A stretch of DNA of 64,000 nt from the human T2T-CHM13v2.0 reference genome, Homo sapiens, in the NCBI RefSeq assembly GCF_009914755.1, contig NC_060927.1; one strand, 5' to 3'. A program made the translations under genes and the position numbers. Shown here piece by piece: positions 26,478 through 43,930 of this stretch. How positions within the stretch are numbered: position 1 is the stretch's first letter; each line of letters starts with the position of its first letter. Below the pieces are notes generated by a model. That model was not told where the DNA came from. It was given only the letters and a program-made list of their open reading frames with translations, and did no database searches.

Positions 26478-28924
26478 TTGCCCACGGAGTGTTTTCACAG
26501 TCTCCAAGCCAACTCTGCCCTCCACTCTTCTTCATGGAGTCTCTCCTGTAACCCTACCAACCTCCATAAGATCTTAAGTTCTTCTACCCTCTTCCTCCCT
26601 TTTCTACCCCTCCAAACCAGGTGAACCTTGTCCTGACTCCCTAAAGATCAATCCATCTGCAGCTTTCTTTCTTCTTGTTCCAATGTTATCATGGCATAAA
26701 CCCTATATCATTTGTTCATTCCTCAGGGCCTTCTATTTTCATTCTCAAAAGCCCTTTTTTTCTCCCAACAAGTCTCCTTATATATCAAAAGCTTTGGCTT
26801 TCAAAGCTTTTGTTTCTCATGTGGGCTTTAAGAACATATTTTAGGATTCAGAAAAACTAAACATCGATTTTTTTTTGTTCTTTTTACATTTCTGCTGTAA
26901 CTACATCAGTTCTCCTTGAGGCATAGTGATGCCTCTGAGTGATAGGAGGCAGGGTCATAAACAAGGATGGGAAGAAAAGCACACAAACTGATGCTTCCAG
27001 ATCACATCTTGCTGTGCTGCATCCATTCACTATGAGTCCTACTTTCAGGTTTCAGCAGGTTAATTCCTACATTTGACTCTTGGCTGACATTAATCCTGGG
27101 CTCTGCTGTCTTGCCACCATGAAGATGTACAGTGAGGACCATGGTGGTCAAGTTCTCCTAAAATTCACACGCTCCTTATATCATAATGCTCCTTATAAAT
27201 TTCACAAAGCTTATATATTGTTCTTCAGATATGTATTGAATGTTTACTATGTGTGATTCATTGTCTTCACAACCCTATGAGGTAGATGCTATTATTGTCC
27301 TTATTTTACAGATGGGTAAACTGAGATTCAGAAAAGTTAAGGCCATCATTTCTGCTGTCCATTATATATTTCAAGCTCTCTTTTTGAGCACTGCTCTACC
27401 CACCTGGAGTTAGGTGTGCCTACATAATTTGCTTTGGTTAATAAAGTATGAGTAGAAGTGACAGACGTCACATCAGCGTGGAAGCTCTGAGCCAATGCAC
27501 AATTCGTGTTCTCTTTCCCTGTGCCCCAACAGCGTTCCAGAGAGTAGAAACTCCATTCACTAGCATCCTGGGAAGAGGTGACATGGAGCAGAACCCCATC
27601 CATTCTTTAGTGGACAAGAACAAAAAAAAACACTTTGTTGTCTCAAGCCACTGACTTACACATTGTTTGTTAACACAGCTTCACCTTGCTCATTGTGATT
27701 AATATGGAAGTCACTCATTCATGCAATTACTTATCCATTTATTCATTCAACAGGCAATTATGAACTGTCTACTGTATGCCAGATGTGGACTAGGTACTGC
27801 AAAAACAAGACATGACAATTGTCTTTATCATCTCTGGTATTTTGTCCACTGAAATCATGAACTTAATTAAATGATGGAGTTGAGTTTCAAATTCAAGTCA
27901 TGAGATTCCAGAGCTTATGCACTGAAATACTGCTTGCTGTCATCTCAAATAGAAATTTCATAGAGTTTACAATTGGTTTTTAAAATCTTTCTGGGTCTGG
28001 GTCTGCTCTATGTCAGGCAGATAGCAGGCTAATTTCCTAATGCACTATCAGTTCAGGTGTAATGGGTAAAGCAAATTGCCATAGGCTCATTACCAAAAGG
28101 AAGATGAGCAAGATACCAAAATTTTGATCATGATTTATGGAGTAGGCATTGGTCATGTTTTCCCTCATGTTTGTGTCTGCCTTGTATCTTTTAAACACCC
28201 TATTATGTTTGCAGAATTTTTCCAACTGATGGGTTTCCAAAGTAGGAACCTAAAAACTCACTTCCAGCCTCCTCTGCAGCTAGAACATATGCATGTGACC
28301 ATCCTCCACCAATCAGGTTCACCCCCACTAGACTTCAGTTCAGAAATGAGTAATCTGAGGAAAAATGCTTACACTGGTATCTACTTAGCTGGTGAGGGGC
28401 AGCAGAAGCCCCTGACTTTGAGGAGGACAGTGATGGTTGGGTTGAGTGCCTGACTTATGAGGCTGCAGTGTGAACAGGAAGTTGTTCAATAGTACCAATG
28501 GCAGGGCAGCAGCATTCATCTTGTTAGGCTAGTTTTGGAGCATAATTTGGGGCATTATTCCTAGAAATTTGGCATTAAGCCCAGTTCTCTAAACAACTTC
28601 CCAGTATCTTTTAACTACTCACTGTTCTTTAATGAACTTGTTTTCTGCTTAATGAGCTGCAGTCAGCTTCTGCTTCTTTAAGTAAAAACCTGATCCGATG
28701 CAATGTGGAAACTGAATCAGAAAAGTTTCAAGCCAGATCCTGGGTAAAGAGAACAACAAATGACTAACTTAATGGTGTGTGGGTGGGTGGGAAGTTAAAG
28801 TCTGAGGAGTCTGAGGTCAAAGGTGGTAAGGCTTGAAAAGGAGGTGAGCTTCAGTTCTACTTTGAACATATTGGTGTGGGTAGCATGTTTCTGCTGGCCT
28901 ATGTCCTCTTAGATCTGTTTGTGC

Positions 28925-29900
28925 AGTCATTCAATGAATACTTACAGAGCACATACTGCATGCCTGGCTCCACGCTAGGCAGTGGTGGATATAATAATGG
29001 GTAAGTCAGGCATAATCTCAGCTCTCATACTAGCTAATAGTTTTATATAATGGGAAGGCTGATCATACCAATGGACAAATATATAACTACAAACTGATAA
29101 TAAGAGAAAGTTATATAAACATAACGACCAAGTGTGGGAGGTCAGAGATGCCTTCCTGAGGAAGTGATTTTACAGTTGAGATTTGAAGGCCAAGAGACAG
29201 CCAGCGGGTGAAAGAGAGCAGAAGAGTATTCCAGGAGACATAAACAGCATGTTCAAAGACCCTAGAGACAGAGTAAACATGGCACATTTGAAGAACTGCA
29301 AAGCTGATGAACTTGAAGTGAAGAGAAGAGGGAAGAATGGAATAAGATCTGGCTTTGGTGGTACTGGGGAGTCAGGGAAGAACATGCAGAGTCTTGAAGA
29401 TCTATTAAGGATTTTGATCTTTTTCCTAAAATCAGTAGGAGGCTATTGAAGAGTTTTAAGCCCTGTGATAACATTGTCAGATGTGCATTCTAAAATGTCA
29501 TTTTGACCATAGTAGGAACAGTGGATGGGGTAGAGGAATGGAATGAATTCAAAAAGTTACTAAGGAGACAATTGTGATAGTGCAGGCCAAGAGTGGATTA
29601 CTAGATCAGGATACAGAACTGGCAGGAGAGATGAAGAGGAGTAGAGTAGATTGGAGATAGAGTTAGGAAGCAAATCAATGGAACTTCACAATAAGTTAGA
29701 TATAGAATGGGTGGTGACTGGCTTTTCTGATGGGCAACTGATACAAGGACCACTGGAAGAGTATCAGATTTGGCAGCAAAAGAGTGAGAATAGTGTCTTC
29801 AGGTCTGGCACATGCTGAGACTGGGGTGTCTCTGAAGCATTCAAGAGAAGACAATAAGTAGACAGATATGAGGGTCTGAAGTTTCAGGAAGAGTATTGCA
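28925..29900 (-). mobile_element. L2 fragment (~1 kb)
   Basis: CATTCAATGAATACTTACAGAGCACATACTGCATGCCTGGC ... GAGGCTATTGAAGAGTTTTAAGC. Confidence 0.7.
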
Positions 29901-31574
29901 CTGAAAATATTTCTTTATTGATCTTAAAAGCAGGATTCTGCTGAAGCTAGAATCTGAGCAAATCCAGACTCAAGCTCAAGTTTGGAACATTCATCTATTT
30001 ATTCCATGCAGTTTTGTCAAGCATCTACCTTGCACCAAGCACTGGAGATACAGAATCAAGAGAAGGACATGGACATAGAGGAGTTTATAGTATAGCTGAG
30101 ACATATAAAAGTCAATAGACAAACTGTAAGTAATGAAGGTGTGTAGAGGGTTCTTTTAAAAGGCAAATATTGTAGGGTAGATTTTAGGGTTGAGGCGCAG
30201 GGATGAGTTGTATTCTAGGAAGGGAAGACAGTAATGCAAAGACTTAGTGTCATGGAAGCAGGCACTGTTCTTGAGGAATCATCAATATTAAATTTGGATG
30301 AAGGAAGAGAGTTGGAAACTGAGCAGTATTAAAAGATAAGGCCAGAGATGTAGGCAGAAGGCTGGGATCAGCCATCCTATAAACCTTTTGAACTTGAACC
30401 TGAAGATTACCAGGTACCACTGAAGCATTTCCTGCAAGGGGATAATAGGATCAGATTTGTGTTTTAGGTAGATAACTCTGCTGGAGTCGTGGTGGATGGC
30501 TTTAATAAGAGATCTGAGAAATGTCACTCAAATTCGGAACCTGCTATTGCATCTTTTTAGCAGGTGGATTTTATGTTTATTGGTGCCTTCAGGGTTCCAA
30601 GTGTTCACGTCATTATCTTATCTCATTTGAAGCACAACAATTGAAAAATACACAAATCAGTGTACTATTATACTTTATTCTTTTTATGGTTAAATTAGAT
30701 AACGATCAAAAAATGACATTGGCTTGCTCACTTGTTAGAAACCATAAAATAACCTTCCTCATTAAAAAACCATTTTTCCATCACGAAGCAAATTTGGAAC
30801 AAGGTACAGTGTGTCTTTAATCTCTCTTTAATTGATGCATATTGCTTTTTATCATATTCCATGACTCACCATGTTTTGACTATAGCTGACTTGAACTGTA
30901 ACAGTCTGTTACCTTTTTGCCACAGTTTGCTACAGGCTAACAGGCCAATGAGACTATTAACGTAAAAGTTAAGATTCGTTTGGTCTTAAGTTAAATAATG
31001 AGTAAATAATTGAGAAAGAATTCTAAAAAGGAACCCCTGAAGGCTTATGTAATAGCTTATTTGATCCACATAAAAAGCGAGATAGGAAATCAAGTTTCTG
31101 CTAGTTAGACAAAAGCTATTTTCCTTCATTAAAATGAGTGATGAGAACAAAAATCAAGAAAAGACCCTTAGAACAAATAGAGCCTCAAATACCACTTTGG
31201 CAGAGTACAGTTATGCTAAGCTAGAACTTTAAATAGCAACACTCTGCATACTTTTGGCTTACCCCATTGAAATCACTATGAGCTATTGTTTTATTGTCTG
31301 CTGTTACATGTAAGTTGCTGGCAGCTGCTGATGGTGATTGCTGCTTGGGGAAGAGGAACTGGAAAGAAAGATCCCTTACCAACTGTTTTCCATGCTGCCC
31401 AGATGTGAAAGGCTCCACTGCCCTAGAAGGATAATGGAGGAGTTGAACATTATCAAAAAAAATGATATTTTAGAAGCTAGGAGCTGAAGTATCCTCAAAT
31501 TAGGAGCCTTTCTCCATTTATTTTCTTAGTAACAGTTGGGTGTGAGTATAAGAAACCCCAAGAGGAGAGGGAAA

Positions 31575-31637
31575 AATATATATAAATATATATACATATA
31601 TATATAGAGAGAGAGAGAGAGAGACAGAGAGGGAGAG
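31575..31637. repeat. (TA)n(GA)n microsatellite
   Basis: Seen directly in the sequence. Confidence 0.9.
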
Positions 31638-32530
31638 ATCTGAAAAACAAAGGCCCCTGGTTGTTCTTTCTCAGGCAGTAGCTTGGGTATCTTGATTGAC
31701 AACCTCTGTTTTGAAGCCAATATTGTGAATAAGATAATGATTCTTATGTGGGAAGAAAGGCAAAAAAGGCTTACAGTGATTTAATAACAGCTTTCTGCTG
31801 GCTAGATATCTGAAAACTTAAAATGTAGTTGACAGTAATTAGTTTTGTGGGCTTTTTTCTTACAAATGTAAAACATTAAATATCTTTTGAAAAAACCTCA
31901 CACACAATAGGGGCACATCTGATGGATTTCTTACTTTTTGGAGTTTTATTAGGTTGCAAATGTGTCACTTCAGCCTTGGTTCCAAGTGTATTGAATTTGT
32001 AGAAATGTAAAATAGGACTTCCTGCAACAAATGGGCCAAGTGTCTTCTTCAGCATGAAAACAGTGACAGTGAGATGTCAACAATGCTGCAACAAACCTGT
32101 CTTTGTCTTTTCATTATTGCAATTCAGAAATATTGTGAATATTCAGATTGATTGCAAAAACTTTCAGAAACAACCTTCACTAACAAAAAGATAGGGAATT
32201 TTTTCCACTAAATATTTTGAATCAGTCAAGATCAAATCTACCTGCTACTGACTATTTTTCTTAAAGCTAAAAGAAAATTTATTTGGAGGAGGAGAATATG
32301 TAAGTCTCATTACCAACTGTCTATATAAACTGAAGCTTTCCAGCCTATATAGATCCCAATTGCAATGAATATCATTTGCACATATAATGAAGTTAGTCAG
32401 CCAATGTGTTTATGCTGAAGTCTTCTCCTTATATACATATGTATATTTTGAATCTTACCACTTTCTAACTTACAGTATGGTCATTTGTATACTTTCGTTT
32501 TATCTCTAAAAGTGCAAAATTTTCTAAACT

Positions 32531-33820
32531 CAGGAATGTGCTACTGCAGGCTTTTACTGGCTCACCAGAGCCCACTGTTAAATTTTCAAGGATTTTATGA
32601 TCCAGTTGTTAAATAAGTTCACTATTAAAAAGTAAATTACATAAACTTAAAATTGAATGAGTTATAACAAAAAAATCATACATGCTGAAAATATATTATT
32701 TATGAATTCTTTTCCTACTTTTTACTGTTATCTATGCTCTTGCAGTTCTTTATGCATATCGTATCTTTATGGTTAAAATACTATAAAATGGTGTGCTCCT
32801 ATACATCCCCTCACAACACAGCATTCAACAACAGCATGCTGGTAGCTCAAAACCAATCATGCTGATAGCATTTACACCATGGAAATAGGCAAATGCCATA
32901 AATTAAAATTTGCTTTATTGTTTTAATTGTCTAGACCAGAGACTGGCAAATCTGGCCAAAAATTTGGCCCAAAAAGCCAAATCCTGTCTCAGAGAATTAA
33001 GAATTTTTTTTTTTTTACGTTTTTAAAGGTTATTTAAAAAAGAAAAGAAAAATATGTGACAGATCATATGTGACAGTTTTTTTCTTTAAAGGGCTGGTAG
33101 TAAATGTATTAGGCTTCATGGGCCCTGTAGAACCTGTCACAACTGCTCCACTCAGCCATTGTAGCACAAAAGCAGCCATAGACAATATGTAACCAAATCA
33201 ACGCGGCTGTTTTCCAATAAAAATTCAAGAAAAACAGCTGGTGGGCCTTACTTGGCCCACAGGCCATAGTTCTCCAACCAGTGGTGTAAGTTGCAAACAC
33301 AAATAATTAAGTCTGTGTTCTGCAAGCGTCCTTCTAATCAATAAATTATAATTGTAATAAATATTTAGATCTAGGTAATACCCTTTCCCTGCAGCAAATT
33401 GCAACACAGCTAATTTGAATCACTTTGCAGTTATATTAAATGGAAAATTCCATCTCTGAATGCTCTTTGGTCAATCATGTAATGGCAGTTGTGAAATGAA
33501 GTTGTGTGGTTTTAAAGCACTTTAAAGTTGCCTGATTCACTTAGCCATACTGTTACTCTCAGAAAGCAACAGATGATTACAAACAAGGCATCTACTTATT
33601 CATCAACCCACTGATGATCTTTCAAATAAGCTGAAGCCAATTGGTTGGAGTAAGATACACTTAATTTGACTGAGACTCTTCTGTTGAATCACTGAACTTT
33701 ACATTTCAGTTCACAAGACTGTTTTTAGTAAGAAGGCTGGCATTTTATTGTATTTCATTCTATTTATATGTGTGTGTTTACGTGCAGTCACATGTAAACA
33801 CCCATACACAGAATCTGGAT
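32531..33820 (+). mobile_element. MER63-family (hAT-Blackjack) element interrupted by MER58
   Basis: CTGGCTCACCAGAGCCCACTGTTAAATTTTCAAGGATTTTATGATCCAGTTGTTAAA resembles the MER63 5' end. The right boundary is uncertain. Confidence 0.55.
32937..33283. mobile_element. MER58 (hAT-Charlie) element(s)
   Basis: CTGTCACAACTGCTCCACTCAGCCATTGTAGCACAAAAGCAGCCATAGACAATATGTAA...TTGGCCCACAGGCCATAGTT. Confidence 0.8.
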
Positions 33821-33832
33821 CAAAAATGCCTT

Positions 33833-36441
<2,609 letters not shown>

Positions 36442-38458
36442 CTCAGTCTTTCCACCTTTTAATCTGGAAAGTCTGGTCACAACTGCTTAGAATTTAGGCC
36501 CAGGAGCTACTAAGAATTAGTAGAATATTTGGTTTAATAGAGTCTTAATAATTTTCATGAATTTTTAACTTCCTCTTAGAGGGCAACATTTATGTGACTG
36601 TACATTCTCTCCACTTTTTCTAGAGTTCCTCCATAGGCATCCTCAAACAGAACGGTATCTTAATAGTGTCTCACTTGTCAAACAAACTCTTATTTATTTG
36701 AGACATCATGGGAAGGGTCACAGCCTGTTCCTTGAAGGCTTTGCAAAGTAATCAGGCAGTGTAAGTGATGGCAAGCCCCCTGGATGTGGACTCAGCCCAC
36801 CTGAGTTCTAGGCCTGGCCTTGCCTTCAGGTCACTGTGTGAAGCCAGACTAGTTGCCTCCCTGCCCCAGCCTCAAAACTGCTATAGCCATCAAAACTGAA
36901 CTAGGACCAGACAAACTCTAATATCCCTTACAGCTCACACTCTGTGATACCAAATACTTAGAGTTGGAAAGCATGTCCCTCTTGGGCAAAGGGTTGTGGT
37001 CTAAGGGAAAGAAGCTGAACTGGAAGTTGTTGGTGACAGAGCTACCCCAAAGATTGAACTCAGACAGCCCTCATGTCCTATCAGGTCTAAGGCCTGCTTA
37101 GTTTGTCCCACAAAATATAAAGTTTTTTATTTTTTTTCTAATTTACTAATATTTAAAGGTAAGAAGATTTTATATAAAAATCTGGATTGTCAGCTTTTCT
37201 TGAAAAACTAAAAAATCTAGCAACTATGGTCCCCCACATTTCCCAATTGCAATATGATCAGGAGCTGAGTAGCAGTTGCCCCATGAAGTGGGTCAGGGAA
37301 GTTAGAGACTATTGATATCTTAAGCACAGACTGCAGAAGGTGATTTTCCATGAAAGGCATGTGAAGCTCTCATGTGAAGGATCAAAAAGGGCTCTTCTTT
37401 CTTAACACAGAACAGAGAACATATCATTTTAGACATCAGCTCATAAGCAATACTAGTTCTATATTCATTTTCTTTGTTGAAAGTAGTCTATTTGGTGAAG
37501 ATTCCAGTTTTTTCACATTATAACTTTCATAGGGAAATAGCTATGATGGTTTGCATAAAATGTTCAGACCTTATCTACCTAGTAGTAAATCTAACAAAGG
37601 GAGTGCAAGATCTTTATAGGAAACATATGTAAAATGTTATTTATGCATTGAAAAAGAAGACAAGAAAAATGGCATGATATAACATGATCATGGATGAGAA
37701 GATTCAATATTGTAAAGATGCAAATTTTCCCCCAATTAGTCTATAAATTCAATGACATTTTAATTAAAAATGTACCAAATATTTCAGGTATCCTGGTAAA
37801 TTTATTTTCAACTTAATCTAAAGGCATAAAATACAGGAAAGGCCGAGATAATTCTGAGAGAGAAGACAAAAGAGAGGGCAATGTTATAATATATATGAGG
37901 CTTATAGCAAGGATATTATAATTAAAACAGCAAGGTATTGGTATAGCAGTAATCAAATACACAAGTGCATCAGAACAAAAAGCTGGAAAATAGATAAATG
38001 CATATATGGAAATTGCTGTATCTGAAACTGCAAGTCAGTGCAAAAATGAACTACTTGATATGTAGACCTGAGAAATTATCTTTCTTTATAGAAAAAAAAT
38101 TGTATTCCTACCTTCCCTTATGCAAAAATAAACTCCAAAGAATTAAAGACCTAATTGTGAAAAACAAAACTCTGAAACTATAGTTTTAAAAATGGAAAAT
38201 ATCTTTATAATTTCAGATCTAGGAGGAATTTCTTAAAACAAGTAATAAAAGCAAATGTTATTTTTTTAAAGATAAAGTTAGGCTTTATTTTAAATTTTTA
38301 TATGACGAAGGATATCAAACAAAGACAATAGTCAACTGGGAAAAGATACTTTCAACATTTATAATGGGCAAAGGAGTTGTATTCAGAATGTTTAAAGAAC
38401 TTATAAATCAGTGAGAAAAAATACAAATAGAAAAATGGGCAGAAGATACTAAGAAGCA

Positions 38459-38768
<310 letters not shown>

Positions 38769-39165
38769 TCTAATAGGCAATTCACAAGAGAGGATGCTCA
38801 GGTAGATAACACAATATGAAAAGATAATTAACTTTACTAGTAATCAGGAAACGTCAAATTAAAATAAGAGAAATAAAAACATACATCCACACAAAGATTT
38901 GCAATTTTATTTGTAATAGCCAAAAAACTGGAAACCACCAACTGTTAATTAAAAGATAAATATATAGACAAAATATAGTATATCCATACACTGAAAAAAA
39001 AAACCTAAGCTCTGATAAACAAAAAGATGGATGAATCTCAAAAATCATTATGCTGAGTGAGAAAATTCAGACTAAAAATATATATATAATATTATTTCAT
39101 TTGTTTAAAAAATCTAAAAAATGAAAATTAATCTATATTAAAAGAAAACAGATCAGTTGTTGCCT

Positions 39166-39770
39166 TGTATATTCATTTCCAATTGTTGCATATTAAATTA
39201 CCTTGAGCTTAGAGACTTAAAACAACGCACATTTATTTTCTCCTAGTTTCCATGGGGCAAGAGTTACCCAGGCACTCTGCTCAGACTGAAATCAGGGCTG
39301 CAATCTCATCTGAGGCTTTAGGTCCTCTTGCAAGCTCTTTGGTTGTTGGCAGGATTCAGTTCTTTACAGCTGGAGGACTGAGGCCCCACACTCCTACAGG
39401 CCCTGCCCTTCTCTGCCACAGGGCCCTCTTCACACATGGCAGTTTGGTTCTTCCAGGCTACCAGGACAGCTTGCCTGCTTTTTCAAATCTTTGTGGCTTC
39501 TGTTTCTGACTTTTAGAACCTCTTTTAAAGAGCTCATATATTATATCAGGCCCATTTGGGATAGCCTCTCTTTTGATTAACTTAAAGTCAACTGATTAGG
39601 GATATTCATTACATATTGCAAGAACTCTTCCCCTTTGCCACATAATGTAGGCTAATCAGTGAGTGTTGTATCATTATTTTTACAGGTTCCACTCACATTC
39701 AGGTTAGGAAATTACACAGGGTTTGTACACCAAGGGGTGGGAAACTTGAGGCCATCTCCTGTTTACCACA
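39166..39770 (-). mobile_element. MLT1-type MaLR LTR inserted in L1M
   Basis: TGTATATTCATTTCC...CTTAAAACAAC..ATTTATT...GGTTGTTGGCAGGATTCAGTT...CTGTTTACCACA. Confidence 0.7.
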
Positions 39771-40887
39771 CCCAGGATCAGAAGTGGAGGGAAAGATGTA
39801 AATAAGGCAGTCTCATTTTATCAGTGTTCTTAACTACTTTCTACATTGCTATGTGTTCTCCCTTCTTTTTAAAATGGGACCTTTTCCCTAATACAATGGA
39901 AATGTCAATTGGTTTTCCTTTTTCATTGTTCCATCATGTAGACACATGAAAAAAAAATACTATTTTAAGAACAAGATGATCAACGTCTACAGCGCATTGA
40001 GTGAATAAAAAATTGAGAAAGAAATGAATTGCAAAGAGGCACAAGGAAACTTAGAGGTGACGGAAATCTTCAATATCTCAATTGTGGTGCTGGTTTTATG
40101 GGTATAAGCATTTCTTAAAATTCATCAAATTGTACCCTTTAAATATATGCAGTTTGTTATACATCAGTTATGCCTCAATAAAGTCATAAATTAAATAAAA
40201 ACATTTTCACCCATCAGATTGGCAAAATATTGAAAGTCTAAAAGTACCAAGTATAAGCAATGATGGGACATAATGGAAACACAGTGCCGGGGCAGGAGTG
40301 TATAAACTACAGATGGTTTTGGTCCTACCTAGAAAAAAAGACGAATATGGCTATATTTTTAATACCCCCAAATTTCACTGCTATATAGATATTGCAGAGA
40401 AACTCACCCATTTCCACCAAGAATAAATACAAGGATACTCATTGTATATTGTTGCAATAACAAAAATTGAAAACAACTTAAATGTCCATCATTAGACAAA
40501 TGAATAAGCATGACATATTCATAAAAGGAAACACCATTCAGGAGTTAAAAATGAATAAAGTGGTCTTTATATATCAACATAGATCTTAAAAATCTAATGT
40601 CTAGAAAAACACATTGCAGATCGATTGTTCATTATGATAACATCTATGGAATAAAAGTGCAAAATATTGCTGCATGCTATTTATTGAAAAATATAGGTAA
40701 CACATGTACATAACAACATGGATGAGAAAAAATACACATTCATGACTTTGGGAGAAAAGGGAATAAAATTGGAGACAGACCTAAAAGGGAGCTCAGTTTC
40801 ATCATCTATTTTTTTCATTTAAAGGATTCAGAAGCAAGTATGGAAAACATTAGTGTTTGTTCATGCTGGTGGTGGATATTGAGCGAC

Positions 40888-41424
40888 TGTTATACAGCAA
40901 ATGGACTCCCTGCCCCACACACATAGAAACTAATACTATGGCACCAGCTTTTGAGAAAAGAAAGGCTTTGTTACAAGGCTGGCCAGCGAGGAGACAGGAG
41001 AAGGACTCAAATCAGTCTCCCTCACTTGGGGCCTGGGGCAAGTATTAAGGGGTTGGATGACAAGAGAAAGGATTCACAAATGTTGGCTTGGCAAGGTCCA
41101 GTTGGAGGTCTTCAAATTTGACCATTTACAGTAAGGCATGTTGACGCAGATTTTAGTCCCAGATCTTCCTGGCCAACAGACCCCTTGCTTTGAAAGAGTG
41201 CCGGCGGTCATATTGCAGCAGGTTCTGGTCATGTCCCATCTTCTTGGTTCCATGAGGAGGAATCATTGGTTCTGGATGTTGTTAGAGGTCAAAGCTGTTT
41301 CTGTTACACATGCCTAGGCTGTATCACTTGCAGTCTTGGCTCTGTTAATGCCTATAAGCCAATGCAACATTCTGTTACCAGCAGAATAGGGCCAGGGCCA
41401 GTTTGGGCTGGTTTGGCAGTTACA
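40888..41424 (-). mobile_element. ERV1-class solo LTR (family not assigned)
   Basis: TG...CA termini, ~537 bp long, with GAGGAGACAGGAG..CTCAAATCAGTCTCCC typical of reversed MER/ERV1 LTR R-U5 regions. Confidence 0.6.
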
Positions 41425-41469
41425 TAAAGTTTCACTTTATTTTGTTTTTAAATTATCACCTATAAATAA

Positions 41470-41875
41470 CCCTTGTCTAAATATGAGAATAACATCAGAA
41501 AAATCCAAAGTGAGAGACATTCTATAAAATACTTTGCCAGTTCTCTTCAAAATGTCAAGGTCATTAAAAACAAGGAAAATCTGAGAAACAGTCTAAAGAG
41601 ACATCATGAATAAATGTAATGTGGTATCTTGAGTAAGATTCTAAAACAGAAAAGGCACATTAGGTTAAAAACTAAGAAACTCAGAATAAATTATGAGCTT
41701 AAGTTGGTAATAACATATCAATGTTAGTTCATTAATTGTGTCAAATGTACCCTAGTAATGTCGAAAATAAAGGAAGCTGGGTGCAAGGTATATGGAAACT
41801 CTCTGTTATATTCTTGCAACTTTTCTGTAAATCTGAAGCTATTTTAAAATGAAGAGCTTATTTTTTTGAAAAAAT
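41470..41875 (+). mobile_element. L1M 3' UTR fragment
   Basis: AACATCAGAAAAATCCAAAGTGAGAGACATTCTA...GGTATATGGAAACTCTCTGT...GCAACTTTTCTGTAAATCT. Confidence 0.75.
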
Positions 41876-43366
41876 CATCACCTATAGTTCAAAGAAAACA
41901 TCTTGGTGGGGTGTCATGTAGGAAAATACTATTTTGAAGGTAGGCCAGTCTATATTGAAATCCTGGCCCCTCCACCCATGCCCACAACACCTTTGAGACT
42001 ACTTCAGCTTCCATTTCCTCTTTTGCAAAATGAGAACAATCTCTACCTTGGAGAATGATTGAGACATTAAATAGGAATGCATAAAGCATTTAGCACATAG
42101 TAAAGGCTCAATAACAATTACTTATTATTTCCATTTTATTGTAGTTATTGTATTATTATATATATCAAATGTGTTTGTTTTGATTATTAGGTAAGAAAAC
42201 CATAGTATCTTTAAACCTTCCGGATTAAAAAAAATAAACAAGCTTCGCTTTGCAATCACTCTGTTAGCACACACCAAAATGTACACAATATCGACAATCC
42301 CTTTGATAATATGGGGCACTTTGGAGGGAGGGGAGCTATTAGTAAGTTTACTGGACTTTATTCTCTTTATTCTTAGGTGAATTTTCCTTACCACTCTTCA
42401 TAAGTTCAGACCAAAATATCTTCATTACACCACTATTCAGTGAGAGGGAAGGACAGAAAGGAAAAGCTTCAGACAAAGACAGTAATCTTTCCTCAACTAA
42501 ATTAAGGAAGAGAAAGTACAACCCTTGTGTGTAAATTTTTTTAGCACAATGATCCTTCTTCCTAGCATATGTGCCCAATCCCAATCACATTAGATCCATC
42601 CTGTTAGCAGGGAGGAGGGGAAAGTGTGGTCTTCCTGCTGCCCTTACCTCTCTCCATTTTATCTTTAAAATGAAATATTGTGCCATCACAAAAATCCTGT
42701 TTTCACAGAACAGTGCATGAGATGGAAAAATGCTCACGATATAAACATCAGGGAGGAAAAGCAGGATTAAACTCTATCTATAGAGTAATTCACATTTTGG
42801 GGGGAAATGAGCAAATATTCATGTGCAAAGAGAAAACACTGTAAGGATAAACTCTCCACCCAAAGAGTAGTCAGCTGATTGGTGGTATACAGTAAACTTT
42901 ATTCTGTATAGTTTTTGTGTTTTTCAGACAATAATAGACATTACTTAAAGAGACTGAAAAGAGATAGGGGAGGTATAGGTTAACTTGTTATTATGGGTAT
43001 ACATGCTACAAATGATTAATGGTAAACAATGATATGAAGGTGGTTTACAGTCCCAGGAGATAACTCCTCATGTAGGAATAAGATTCAAGGTGCTCTTCTC
43101 CAATAACAATATTAAGATACCATTTTTGAGCTCTCATTATAAGCACACTTCCAAGCTCTTGGCAGGGACTATTTTCATTGAATTCTTAGGCTCTGGGATC
43201 TGCCTGCCTAGGTTCAAATTCAGGCTTCATCCATTACTATCTGTGTGACCTTAGGCAGGTTACTTAATCTCTCTGAACCGCAGTATTCAGATATGTGAAA
43301 CAGGGATAAAAATAACACTTATTCATGGAATTATTATAAATATTAAATGAACTTATGGAAATAGAC

Positions 43367-43670
<304 letters not shown>

Positions 43671-43930
43671 AGAAATACACTTTTAAAAATGTCCTAGCAT
43701 ATAATAAGTGTTCAACAAAAGTTTGCTATAAGTATGCCCATTATGTGGATGAAGATGATAAGGCTTAGAGAAGCTGAGTGATTTTCCAAGGTTATATGCC
43801 TGTAAGTGGGGAAGCATTCAAACCCTTGTCTTCTCAAACGTTATTCTTTTAATCATTGTACCACAAATTACTTTCACTAATTAGGCACATGAAGCTTAAG
43901 GCTCTGCAGACATTTGACTTGGGCTGGAAC

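Noticed and set aside
30800-32300. Repeat-poor AT-rich stretch that might be a conserved enhancer
   Set aside because: No specific structure is visible, and conservation cannot be judged without alignments.
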